Positions 8,970 to 17,648 of a stretch of DNA of 64,000 nucleotides are shown here, piece by piece. The position numbers and the translations under genes were made by a program. The notes beneath the pieces are model-generated. The model saw only the letters and a list, made by a program, of their open reading frames with translations. It did not search any database and was not told the origin of the DNA. Location: assembly GCA_964478715.1 (NCBI GenBank), contig CAYZIY010000001.1:9088-73087 (forward strand), given 5' to 3'. Numbering within the stretch: position 1 is the first letter of the stretch; each line of letters begins with the position of its first letter. This stretch comes from an uncultured Planctomycetales bacterium (GTDB lineage Bacteria; Omnitrophota; Gorgyraeia; Zapsychrales; JBDRMG01).

Positions 8970-9440
8970 ATGAGCGGATTTCTTGATCAATTCAGAAAAA
9001 AAGTGAGGGTCTCTCTCCACAAAGAGAATCAACCCTTTCAAAAAATGGTGATTGATGACAAAATAGCCCTGGGTGTTTTACTTTGGGCCGTGGCTCAGGC
9101 CGATGATATGTTGAGGAAGAGAGAAATCGCGAAGATCGAAGAGATTTTAGTTTCCTTTGGACATATCCGGCAGGAAGAGATGCCCATCGTAATCGAGTCT
9201 ATCAAAGAGGCGGACAAAAACAGAATTGATTTCTATCGATTTACTAGTGAAATTAAAAAGGATCTTTCTTATCAGGCAAAGACAGAAATTATCGAGAATC
9301 TTTTTCGAGTGGCCTGTGCGGACCGTGATCTGGCCTACGCAGAAGAGGAAATGATTCGTAAACTTTCCGGTCTTTTAGGCATCGGCCACAAAGAATATAT
9401 TGGATCCAAAATTAAAATCAAAAAAGAATTTGGTATTTAA
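8970..9440 (+). CDS. TerB-like (tellurite-resistance TerB/DjlA N-terminal domain family) protein
   Basis: Helical, about 150 aa, with the LGVLLWAVAQADDMLRKREIAKIEEIL pattern resembling TerB. Weak call. Confidence 0.45.
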   Translation: MSGFLDQFRKKVRVSLHKENQPFQKMVIDDKIALGVLLWAVAQADDMLRKREIAKIEEILVSFGHIRQEEMPIVIESIKEADKNRIDFYRFTSEIKKDLSYQAKTEIIENLFRVACADRDLAYAEEEMIRKLSGLLGIGHKEYIGSKIKIKKEFGI

Positions 9441-9470
9441 CCGGCAGTCTCAAAGAGCGAGGGAGGATGT

Positions 9471-9659
9471 ATGAGCATTGGAATTTGGGAACTACTATTG
9501 ATTTTCGGAGTGATCCTTATTCTTTTTGGCGCCAGCCGTTTACCTGAAATCGGGCGGGCTCTGGGAAAAGCCATTAATGAATTTAAGAAAGCGGGGAAGG
9601 AACCTACGGATAATACCGAGGAAAGCGCGGGGAATGGGAAGCCAGAAAGCAAGCACTGA
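9471..9659 (+). CDS. tatA: twin-arginine translocase subunit TatA/E
   Basis: MSIGIWELLLIFGVILILFGASRLPEIGRALGKAINEFKKAG, the classic TatA TM helix plus amphipathic helix. RBS GGGAGGA. Confidence 0.9.
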   Translation: MSIGIWELLLIFGVILILFGASRLPEIGRALGKAINEFKKAGKEPTDNTEESAGNGKPESKH

Positions 9660-10377
9660 GCCTTTGAGTTTTGTGGGGCATTTGGAAGAACTCAGATCCC
9701 GTCTTATTATTTCATTTATTAGTTTTAGTTGTGCCTGTTTAGCTGTTTTCTTTGTCGCGAAAGATATTCTCTCTTATCTGATTAAGCCGATTGGTTTTCT
9801 GATTTTTACCTCTCCTTTGGAATCCTTTGGCGCGCATATGACTATTGTTTTTGCCGGAGGATTGATTCTTGCCTTTCCCGTTTTTCTTTATCAGCTTTGG
9901 CAGTTTATGTCGTCCGCTTTAACCCCGGCAGAAAAAAAGTTATCCCAAATGGGCATTCCGGTATCGATAGCTTTCTTTCTGATCGGTGCTGTTTTTGCCT
10001 TTGAGATGGTCTTACCCCTCGCATTGAAATTTTTAATGAGCTTTTCATCTTCCCGCATTCATCCGATGATCACAATTGGTCATTATGTTTCTTTTGTGGC
10101 CGTTCTTGTTTTGGGTTTTGGTATTTTGTTTGAGTTACCGGTTATTATTGTAATGGGTGTTCGGTTGGGTTTGATCGAGGTATCGTTTCTTTCGCATTAT
10201 CGAAAAAATGTTATTGTCTGCATCTTTATTCTTAGCGCTTTTTTAACACCACCGGATTGTTTGACGCAGATTCTTCTGGCCTTGCCGCTTGTGTTCTTAT
10301 ATGAAATATCCGTTTTGGCAGTCCGTTTGTTAAACATTGCATCTAAAAAAGGAAATCACATCCATGAAAAGATTTAA
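9634..10377 (+). CDS. tatC: twin-arginine translocase subunit TatC
   Basis: Internal start chosen at MGSQK... so that LSFVGHLEELRSRLI (the TatC N-terminal signature) lies near the N-terminus. Six predicted TM helices. The ORF-track start at 9526 would overlap tatA. Confidence 0.8.
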   Translation: MGSQKASTEPLSFVGHLEELRSRLIISFISFSCACLAVFFVAKDILSYLIKPIGFLIFTSPLESFGAHMTIVFAGGLILAFPVFLYQLWQFMSSALTPAEKKLSQMGIPVSIAFFLIGAVFAFEMVLPLALKFLMSFSSSRIHPMITIGHYVSFVAVLVLGFGILFELPVIIVMGVRLGLIEVSFLSHYRKNVIVCIFILSAFLTPPDCLTQILLALPLVFLYEISVLAVRLLNIASKKGNHIHEKI

Positions 10378-12529
10378 TACCTTTGAAGGTGTTTTTACAC
10401 CCAGTATTTTGAGCATTCTCGGCGCGATCATGTACTTACGCCTAGGCTGGGTTGTGGGACAGGTCGGTTTGGCGCAGGCTCTTGTGATCATTGTGATCGC
10501 CAACAGTATTTCCATATTAACGGCTTTGTCGATGTCTTCGATTGTGACTAATATTCGCATCGGGACCGGCGGGGCCTATTCGATCATCACAAAATCTTTG
10601 GGCGTGGAAGTCGGGGGCTCAATCGGCATTCCGCTTTATCTGTCTCAGGCGATTTCGGTGGCGTTTTACATTGTCGGTTTTAGTGAATGTTGGGGCATGC
10701 TTTTCCCCGGCCATCCCGCTTTACTTGTGTCGCTTACCACCTGGTTGATGCTTCTCATCGTTTCTTATGTTAGCGCCCGGCTGGCCTTTCGGCTTCAGTT
10801 CGGCGTGATGGCTTTGATTGCTATTTCTTTTTTCTCCATCTTCTTAAGCCAAAGACCAGCGGTTGAGACACCTGATCTATGGCGCCATTTCGAGGCGGGA
10901 AATTTTTGGGTGGTTTTTGCGGTTTTCTTTCCGGCCGTGACTGGTTTACTCGCCGGGGCGACTATGTCAGGAGAACTTAGAGATCCTAAAAAAAGCATTC
11001 CTCTGGGAACCATGGCAGCTATTTTGCTAGGATTTACCATTTATCTTGGGCTGGCGGTTTGGCTGGGATTTCACGGTACATCATCTGAGTTGACCAGCCG
11101 GAGTTCGTTTTTAATTGATGTGAGCCGTTGGCGGTGGATGGTCGTTGCCGGCCTGATGGGGGCGACGCTTTCATCGGCCTTGAGTATGTTCGTGGCATCC
11201 CCCAGAACTTTGCTGGCCTTAAGCAAAAATCAAAGCATTCCGCTTTTCGGCCAGTTCTCCCGTATTAACAAGAAAGGAGAACCGACAACCGCCATTCTTT
11301 TTACGGCCCTGCTCGCTTTGGTCACTTTGATGTTTGGATCTCTGAATCAGGTCGCCGGTTTACTGACAATGTTTTTTCTGATCACGTATGCCATGATCAA
11401 CTGTTCAGTTTTTATCGAGCAGTCGATCGGGCTAGCCAGCTTCAGGCCGAGTTTTCGAATTCCAACGGTTATTTCCTTATTGGGGAGTCTAGCCTGCATT
11501 ATTTTGATGATTGTGATTAATCCCGTTTTTAGCTTTATTGCGATCATCAGCATTTATTTTATTTATTGGATGCTGCTAAAAAGAGAAATTCGGATCTATT
11601 CGCCGGATGTTCGAAGCGGACTCTTGGTTTTTATGGCCGAACATCTCGCCAAGACCGCTGCCAAGCTTCCTTATCATCCTAAGATTTGGAAGCCTAATAT
11701 GTTGGTTTCTGTCGCCAGCCCGGAGGAGCTACAAAAAATCAGTGAATTGTTGAGAGTCTCTACGTTGCCCAACGGACGCATTACGGTTTTTCACGTGATT
11801 GAAAAAGGCATTTTAGAAAGATTTGTTCATCAAAAAGAGCAGAAGCGCAAAGACGACAAACGGCTGTCCTATAAGGATGAAGTCCGTGTGAAATTTGATG
11901 ATGTCGTTAAGCCCCTCAGAGAAGAGGGGATCTACGTTGCTCAGTCGATCACCGAATCGCCGGAATATTTCAATGCGGCCTCGATCGTGATCCAGACGCT
12001 AAAAGGAACATTTTTTCCGCCGAATATTTTCTTTTTCACCATTTCCGATGATCCAAATAAAGATAAGATGGTTGAGGCGATCATCGCAAAGGCCGAAGAG
12101 GAAAATTTGGGGGTGATCGTTTTTTTATCGGATAGTAAAAAAGAATGTGGCCGCGCAAGCGATGCGAATCTCTGGATTCGTCAGAAAAGTCCCAACCTTG
12201 ATCTCTCTATATTGATGGCCTTGCAAATTGCCAGGAATTGGGAGACGCGCATTCGGATTATTCAAGTCGTTGAAGATGTCGCGGTTCAAGATGAAGCCCG
12301 ACATTATTTGCTTAAACTCAAGGGCTTGATGCGCATGCCCTTGGAGACGGAGATTCATATTATGACGGGAATATTTAAGGAAGTGGTTAAAGAGGCGCCG
12401 CCGGCGGGAATCAATATTTTCGGCATGCCTCAAGAGCCCGATCTTTCCAGCATGCGCGAAATCAACGGTTTGATTGAATCTCCCGTTTTGTTTCTAAGAG
12501 ATTCTCAGCAGGAGAAAGCGACAGCCTAG
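10364..12529 (+). CDS. APC-superfamily transporter resembling cation-chloride cotransporters (SLC12-like), with about 250-aa C-terminal cytoplasmic domain
   Basis: N-terminal FEGVFTPSILSILGAIMYLRLGWVVGQ is characteristic of CCC/AA-permease TM1. About 12 TM helices, then a long soluble C-terminal domain. Confidence 0.65.
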   Translation: MKRFNTFEGVFTPSILSILGAIMYLRLGWVVGQVGLAQALVIIVIANSISILTALSMSSIVTNIRIGTGGAYSIITKSLGVEVGGSIGIPLYLSQAISVAFYIVGFSECWGMLFPGHPALLVSLTTWLMLLIVSYVSARLAFRLQFGVMALIAISFFSIFLSQRPAVETPDLWRHFEAGNFWVVFAVFFPAVTGLLAGATMSGELRDPKKSIPLGTMAAILLGFTIYLGLAVWLGFHGTSSELTSRSSFLIDVSRWRWMVVAGLMGATLSSALSMFVASPRTLLALSKNQSIPLFGQFSRINKKGEPTTAILFTALLALVTLMFGSLNQVAGLLTMFFLITYAMINCSVFIEQSIGLASFRPSFRIPTVISLLGSLACIILMIVINPVFSFIAIISIYFIYWMLLKREIRIYSPDVRSGLLVFMAEHLAKTAAKLPYHPKIWKPNMLVSVASPEELQKISELLRVSTLPNGRITVFHVIEKGILERFVHQKEQKRKDDKRLSYKDEVRVKFDDVVKPLREEGIYVAQSITESPEYFNAASIVIQTLKGTFFPPNIFFFTISDDPNKDKMVEAIIAKAEEENLGVIVFLSDSKKECGRASDANLWIRQKSPNLDLSILMALQIARNWETRIRIIQVVEDVAVQDEARHYLLKLKGLMRMPLETEIHIMTGIFKEVVKEAPPAGINIFGMPQEPDLSSMREINGLIESPVLFLRDSQQEKATA

Positions 12530-12553
12530 GTAAGATCTGCTTTGAAATTTGTA

Positions 12554-12582
12554 TTGCATTTTCAGAAAATCGGAAATACAAT
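12554..12582 (+). promoter_or_regulatory. sigma70-like promoter TTGCAT-N17-TACAAT
   Basis: -35 TTGCAT at 12554-12559, 17-nt spacer, -10 TACAAT at 12577-12582. About 50 nt upstream of the RBS GGGAGGA/ATG at 12633. Confidence 0.55.
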
Positions 12583-12632
12583 ATCTTCCAGCATGCAGAG
12601 AGCGATCAATAGAAAATAGCGGGAGGACAATT

Positions 12633-12887
12633 ATGAATATCAAAGAATTGAAATGGTTGCTTAAGGACAAGCGTGTTCAGGAAGAAATCCACAAGCATTT
12701 GTGGATTGAAAGCCAGAAAGCGGGTTATGATATCGGCATTGCCTGCGCAACTGATGAGTGGTTGCGGCTTTATTCCGAAGGCTGGATGAAGCATCACATG
12801 CCTGAGCAATTGAAAAAGAAAAAAACGGCAGCTGTTTCCAAGACGAAAAAAAAGAAAACGACTGCCACAAAAAGAAAAAAGAAATAG
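12633..12887 (+). CDS. small protein: about 60-aa globular domain plus Lys/Thr/Ala-rich tail (histone-H1-like tail)
   Basis: ATG at 12633 sits 5 nt after GGGAGGA. Tail is ...QLKKKKTAAVSKTKKKKTTATKRKKK*. The upstream in-frame extension in the ORF track lacks an RBS. Confidence 0.55.
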   Translation: MNIKELKWLLKDKRVQEEIHKHLWIESQKAGYDIGIACATDEWLRLYSEGWMKHHMPEQLKKKKTAAVSKTKKKKTTATKRKKK

Positions 12888-12921
12888 AAGATTTTAGAAT
12901 TTTTGATTCATAGCTAAAATG

Positions 12922-12952
12922 AAAAACCTCCCGAAAATTTTGGGAGGTTTTT
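12922..12952. terminator. bidirectional rho-independent terminator
   Basis: AAAAA-CCTCCC-(9-nt loop)-GGGAGG-TTTTT. Serves the convergent genes on either side. Confidence 0.75.
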
Positions 12953-12977
12953 CATAATGATAAAAGCCTGAACAGTC

Positions 12978-13070
12978 TTATTTCTTTTTCTTCTTGGCTG
13001 TCTTTTTCTTTGCTGTCTTTTTCTTTGCTGTTTTTTTCTTTGCTGTTTTCTTTTTCTTCTTGACGACCAT
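12978..13070 (-). CDS. 30-aa lysine-rich micro-protein MVVKKKKKTAKKKTAKKKTAKKKTAKKKKK
   Basis: Minus-strand ATG at 13070-13068 preceded by GGAAAGGGGTGAG RBS. Tandem 12-13-nt repeats encode TAKKK units. Stop at 12980-12978 lies next to the shared terminator. Not in the ORF track (<60 aa). Confidence 0.4.
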   Translation of the reverse strand: MVVKKKKKTAKKKTAKKKTAKKKTAKKKKK

Positions 13071-13125
13071 GTTCTCACCCCTTTCCTTGTAATTTAAAAA
13101 ATTTTAAATAACGTATCTATGTTTT

Positions 13126-13153
13126 ATATTATCATACGTGATTCATTATGCAA
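13126..13153 (-). promoter_or_regulatory. sigma70-like promoter (minus strand) TTGCAT-N16-TAATAT
   Basis: On the minus strand, -35 TTGCAT (plus-strand ATGCAA 13148-13153), 16-nt spacer, -10 TAATAT (plus-strand ATATTA 13126-13131). Lies about 55 nt upstream of the micro-ORF start. Confidence 0.45.
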
Positions 13154-13220
13154 AAGTTATTTTAATATTTTTTCCATAAGAGAAAAATACTATGATAAGT
13201 TATGACAAGATGAAAGCAAA

Positions 13221-14339
13221 GTGATGAGCGAGAAATGCACCAGTCTCTATATTCATATCCCTTTTTGTCGACGGAAATGTCATTACTGTTCTTTTTCTGT
13301 TTCCGTTGCGACAACTGCATACATTGACCGCTATTTGAAATGCCTTGATCAAGAAATGAGAAGAAACAAAATAAAAAAAATTTCTTCGATTTATATTGGC
13401 GGCGGAACACCTTCGCTTTTATCTGATGAACAAATAAAAATTTTAAGATATATGATCGAAGTAAATTTTGAATTTCGATTTGATTGCGAACAAACTGTAG
13501 AATTCAATCCCGAGGATTGTACAAAAGAAAAAATAGGGGTGTTCCAGCAAGCGGGATTCAACAGAATCAGTCTGGGTCTGCAGACTTTCGATAATCCGAC
13601 ATTGAGATTTCTGGGACGCCGGCATACTTCCGGAGATAATAGTAAAGCCATTGAGAATTGTCAAAAACTGAATGTAAAAAACATTAGCGTTGATCTGATG
13701 ATAGGGTTTCCCTCTCAGAATCTAAAACAGTTAAGACGTGACATAAAAGAAATAGCTCAATCCAATGTGCAGCATTGCTCGGTCTATCAGCTGGGGATTG
13801 AAAAAGAAAGTCTTTTTTATATTCAAAAAAAGAAATGTCCAAATGAAAACAAACAGATACTGTTCTATAGAACCGTTAGGGAATTTCTTGAAAGATATCG
13901 CTTCAGCCAATACGAAGTCAGCAATTATGCCAGAGGCGATTTTGCATCCCGCCATAATATGATGTATTGGAAAGGGGGCGATTATATCGGTATGGGGATG
14001 GCCGCCCATTCCCGAAAAAATCATAAAAGATTTTGGAAAACTTCCAGACTCCTTGATTATTTAAAGAAGATCGAAAGCGGTCTCTCGCCGATTGCTGGTC
14101 ATCAGCAACTGAATCGGTTCGAGCAATTGTGTGAGGCTCTTTGTTTCGGATTACGGATGAATCGAGGCGTCGATCTGAGTGAATTGCAAGAACGCTTTCA
14201 AACAAAGATGGATCAATCGCGGCTTGATTATATGAAGATGCTGGTTCAAGATGGTATACTTGAAAGAGAGGGATCGCGTATCCGCGCGACACCCCGGGGG
14301 CAGCTTGTTTGCGATGAGATCAGCGCCCGGTTAATCTGA
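13221..14339 (+). CDS. hemW: radical SAM heme chaperone HemW / HemN-like oxygen-independent coproporphyrinogen-III oxidase family
   Basis: LYIHIPFCRRKCHYCSF (CxxxCxxC radical-SAM motif directly after the HIPFC motif) and a HemN C-terminal domain. Confidence 0.85.
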   Translation: MMSEKCTSLYIHIPFCRRKCHYCSFSVSVATTAYIDRYLKCLDQEMRRNKIKKISSIYIGGGTPSLLSDEQIKILRYMIEVNFEFRFDCEQTVEFNPEDCTKEKIGVFQQAGFNRISLGLQTFDNPTLRFLGRRHTSGDNSKAIENCQKLNVKNISVDLMIGFPSQNLKQLRRDIKEIAQSNVQHCSVYQLGIEKESLFYIQKKKCPNENKQILFYRTVREFLERYRFSQYEVSNYARGDFASRHNMMYWKGGDYIGMGMAAHSRKNHKRFWKTSRLLDYLKKIESGLSPIAGHQQLNRFEQLCEALCFGLRMNRGVDLSELQERFQTKMDQSRLDYMKMLVQDGILEREGSRIRATPRGQLVCDEISARLI

Positions 14340-14343
14340 GAAA

Positions 14344-15540
14344 TCAGATAACAGGACGGTCGATACCGTATTGGCCGGCGATCCGTTTACTTTGATCGAA
14401 GAGTTTTTCAAGGGATTGCCAGATCAGCGATCGGTAGGGTTCTTTCAGGGAAAGGGACAGATAAATCTTATTGGCTTGCGTTAGCAAACGTTTGGTTTTA
14501 TCGATGGCATAATTAAGACTTCCCGATCGAAAAAATAGACTGCGGATTTTTCTTAGATCAGCATAGTCAATGCGATCTTTCTTAAAAATCTCCAGTAATT
14601 GCTTTCTTTGACGGCCTTTTAGGTGACGATATGCATGAGCGGTCAGAATCGTTTTTTTGGCTTCGGCCAGATCGCTTAAAATCGATTTTCCAATGTTTTT
14701 CTCGTTTGCATAGATTCCGAGAATATCGTCCTGGATTTGGAAAGCCTGGCCTGAGAGTTGTCCGAGACGGGAGAGTCGGTCGACCTCGCTTTTTTTAGCG
14801 CCAGCGAGGATGGCGCCGATGACCAAAGGACATTCAAAAGTGTAGCGAGCCGTCTTAAGAGAATAATTCAAAAAAACGTCTTTTTCTTTTACCTGGGAAA
14901 TTTTTTTGACTCCGTTGACAATATCGAAAAATTCTCCCATGGCCGTAAAGGCAGCCGTTTGCACAAAATACTTCAGAGCTTTTTCTTTCCGCCAGGGGTC
15001 TTCTTTGATAGAAAGAAAGGCATCGATGGCTAAAGCATAAACGATATCGCCGGCGATAATGCTTAAATCATTGCCGAGTTTTTTTGGATGGGAACAAGCG
15101 GTCGTTTTCTTAAGCAGGCGGTGCATGGTCGGTTTACCGCGCCTGAGATGTGAGCAGTCGATCAAGTCATCGTGAATCAGCATAAAGATATGCAGAAGCT
15201 CAATGCAGCTGGCCGCGCGGTAGAGGCTGGCGTTTGGACGCGCGTTTTGTTTTTGATGGGAAAGATAACTTAAAATTAAAAAAATAGGCCTTAAGCGTTT
15301 TCCTTTACGCAAAGCGAATTCTTCGATACTGTTATAGAGAATCGGATCGACCAGACGAAATTGAAAATCGTGCTTGACGCTGCGCAGATATTTCTTGAGG
15401 CTTAAATCGATGTTTTTTTTAATACGCTCGATCATCGGATGTATGGTAGCATAGAGATTTTTCGGACGCAATGAATGATTTCTCTTTGCGGTTGTTTCAA
15501 ATGTGAGTTTTTTGCCGATGATCAAAAATATTGTATTCAT
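14344..15540 (-). CDS. polyprenyl diphosphate synthase (trans-IPPS; IspB/GGPPS family) with N-terminal extension
   Basis: First Asp-rich motif LIHDDLIDCSHLRRGKPT and second motif FQIQDDILG. Convergent with hemW across a 4-nt gap. Confidence 0.8.
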   Translation of the reverse strand: MNTIFLIIGKKLTFETTAKRNHSLRPKNLYATIHPMIERIKKNIDLSLKKYLRSVKHDFQFRLVDPILYNSIEEFALRKGKRLRPIFLILSYLSHQKQNARPNASLYRAASCIELLHIFMLIHDDLIDCSHLRRGKPTMHRLLKKTTACSHPKKLGNDLSIIAGDIVYALAIDAFLSIKEDPWRKEKALKYFVQTAAFTAMGEFFDIVNGVKKISQVKEKDVFLNYSLKTARYTFECPLVIGAILAGAKKSEVDRLSRLGQLSGQAFQIQDDILGIYANEKNIGKSILSDLAEAKKTILTAHAYRHLKGRQRKQLLEIFKKDRIDYADLRKIRSLFFRSGSLNYAIDKTKRLLTQANKIYLSLSLKEPYRSLIWQSLEKLFDQSKRIAGQYGIDRPVI

Positions 15541-15591
15541 TTGACCTGACTACCAACATTCTTTACAATGAAATCAAAAGGAGATGATTTT

Positions 15592-16251
15592 ATGAAAAGA
15601 TACTATCTAGCTTTAATGATGATTTTCTTTTTGACGAATCTGTCTTTAGCCGAGACCATTTATTTGAAAGACGGCAGAAAAATTGAAGGTACCATTACCC
15701 GGCAGACGGATGAATTGATTAAAGTCGATGTTTACGGCGTGGAACTTACCTATTATCGTGATGAGATTTCACAAATTATCGGTGACACGGAAGCTTTTCA
15801 ACCAACCCGGGAAAGAAAACAGCCCCTTAGCCCGGGTCTGTTGCCCACCACAAGACAAAAACCCTATTCTTTGCCGGAATCCACTTTTGAATCCTATTCT
15901 CCGGGATCTGAGTCCTCAGATTATGACTCAAGAGATAAAAGCGATGTGGTGCGTGATGTTATGGATGCTACCGGGGTTAAGGAAAGCGTAACCAATACGC
16001 TGCGTAAGATCATTCAAAACGCTCCGGCCGAAGATGCTAATAAGCTGCAACAGGCGATTGATGTCAATGAAATGCTCGATGAGCTGGTTCCGGTTTATGA
16101 AAAATATTTTACCGAACAGGAATTACGGGATCTGGCTAATTTTTACCGCTCCTCGGCAGGCAAAAAATTGCTGAAAGCTACTCCCTTGATTTTGCAGGAC
16201 AGCGTGGCTGCGATTTTCAGCTATGTCCAAAGAAAAGGACAGGGATTGTAA
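15592..16251 (+). CDS. DUF2059-like periplasmic protein
   Basis: ATG at 15592 after AAAGGAG. Signal peptide MKRYYLALMMIFFLTNLSLA. C-terminal region AIDVNEMLDELVPVYEKYFTEQELRDLANFYRSSAGKKLL resembles the DUF2059 repeat. Confidence 0.5.
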   Translation: MKRYYLALMMIFFLTNLSLAETIYLKDGRKIEGTITRQTDELIKVDVYGVELTYYRDEISQIIGDTEAFQPTRERKQPLSPGLLPTTRQKPYSLPESTFESYSPGSESSDYDSRDKSDVVRDVMDATGVKESVTNTLRKIIQNAPAEDANKLQQAIDVNEMLDELVPVYEKYFTEQELRDLANFYRSSAGKKLLKATPLILQDSVAAIFSYVQRKGQGL

Positions 16252-16256
16252 ACGCC

Positions 16257-17466
16257 TTGAAATCCATCAAACGCAGGAAGAAAATTGTTCTGGCCGAAGG
16301 CGAGTCGATCATTGCCGATATCCTGCCCCGGTTTTTAAGACCCTTCGGTTATGAAATGATCGTTGTTCCCGACGGTAAGCAGGCGCTCGAGCTTATCAAG
16401 AAAGAGCTGCCCGATCTGATCATTATTGACAGTCGTTTGGAAATCATCGATGGTTTTCAATTAAGCCAAATTTTAAAAAGCGATTTTCTCACCAGCTATA
16501 TCCCCATTATCATTCTGATTGAAAAAAAGCAGATCCGCAAACGGATTCTGGAAATTCAAGAAGGGATTGATGATTATATCATCAAGCCGCCGGATCCAAT
16601 CGATTTACAGGTCCGCCTAGAGATGGCCTTAAGGCGAACCGATCATACTGTTCACGCCAATTCCTTAACGCGCCTGCCGGGCAACAAAGACATTGAAACC
16701 ATGGCCAAGAAATATATCAAAAGCCGCCAGCCGTTTTCATTTTTGTATCTGGATATTAACCGCTTTAAATCGTTTAATGATACTTATGGTTACTTAAGAG
16801 GCGATGGCGTGATTATGCAAACGGCGCGCCTTATTACCAATGCGGTCAAGATTTTTGGAAATAAAGGGGATTTTGTCGGGCATGTCGGAGGGGATGATTT
16901 CGTCGTGATCACTACCCCCCCAGCGTGAAAAAGCCGTGGCTGATCAGATTATTAAAGAATTTAACCGCTTGATCCCCCTTCACTATAATAAGGAAGACCG
17001 CCTGGCAGGATATCTGAAAGTCAGCGATCGCCAGGATCATGAAGTCAAGGCGCCTTTGATGGGTATTTCGGTGGCGATTGTCAATAATGTCAGCCGCAGA
17101 ATTCATAATATTATCGAACTGACAGAAATTGCCTCGGAAATCAAAAAGCATCTTAAGACGCTCAAAGGCAGTCATTATTTAATCAATCGGCGGACCAATA
17201 CCGGCAAACATTTCGATGAGCAGGGTTTAGAAAAAGAATATGCGCAGGCTCAGCCGATCTCTCTCAATTATGATGATCAATATCGGGAAACGCTACCCTT
17301 GGGGCAAATTTTACTGAAAGAAAAACTCATTACAGAAAAAGAGCTTCAAGAAGCTCTTTTTGAACACTGGAGTTCCCGCCAGCTCTTAGGACAAACTCTT
17401 CTTAAAATGAATCTCATTTCGGAAGAAAAATTGGAGCCATTCCTCGAAAAATCCTCAGAAAACTAA
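16257..17466 (+). CDS. response-regulator receiver + degenerate GGDEF (GGDDF) + MshEN/T2SSE_N-like c-di-GMP-binding domain; interrupted by a frameshift in a C7 run at 16915-16921
   Basis: Two consecutive ORFs (16257-16928 from a TTG start, 16936-17466) form one protein if one C is removed from the homopolymer: ...HVGGDDFVVITTP|QREKAVADQIIKEF.... The C-terminal LPLGQILLKEKLITEKELQEAL...LLGQTLLKMNLISEEKLEPFL matches the tandem MshEN motif. Confidence 0.6.
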
Positions 17467-17565
17467 AAAAATTAAGAATTCTCTCAAAATACCATAAATA
17501 TATAATTCACAATAAGATAAGTTGTATTTAGGGTGAATATTTAATCGTCTTTCCTCCTAATATGA

Positions 17566-17594
17566 TTGACCCCTTGGATATTTTTTGATATATT
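17566..17594 (+). promoter_or_regulatory. sigma70-like promoter TTGACC-N17-TATATT upstream of the pur operon
   Basis: -35 at 17566-17571, -10 at 17589-17594. About 55 nt upstream of purB ATG (RBS AAAGGAG). Confidence 0.5.
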
Positions 17595-17648
17595 ATGTGA
17601 GTTCGAATCCGCAAAAGCCGCGAAAAATCAAAAAAGGAGAAGAAAAGA

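Noticed and set aside
12541-12590. Imperfect AT-rich hairpin (TGTATT...AATACA) after the transporter gene, first read as a terminator
   Set aside because: There is no downstream T-run. The same bases fit a TTGCAT-N17-TACAAT promoter for the next gene much better.
12549-12632. Upstream in-frame start (12549) for the small Lys-tailed protein
   Set aside because: It has no RBS and overlaps the predicted promoter. The ATG at 12633 has a GGGAGGA Shine-Dalgarno.
17467-17648. Possible purine riboswitch or PurR box in the 180-nt AT-rich leader of purB
   Set aside because: I could not find the conserved purine-aptamer junction sequences or a P1/P2/P3 arrangement by eye. Only a sigma70-like promoter is supportable. 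A covariance-model scan is needed.
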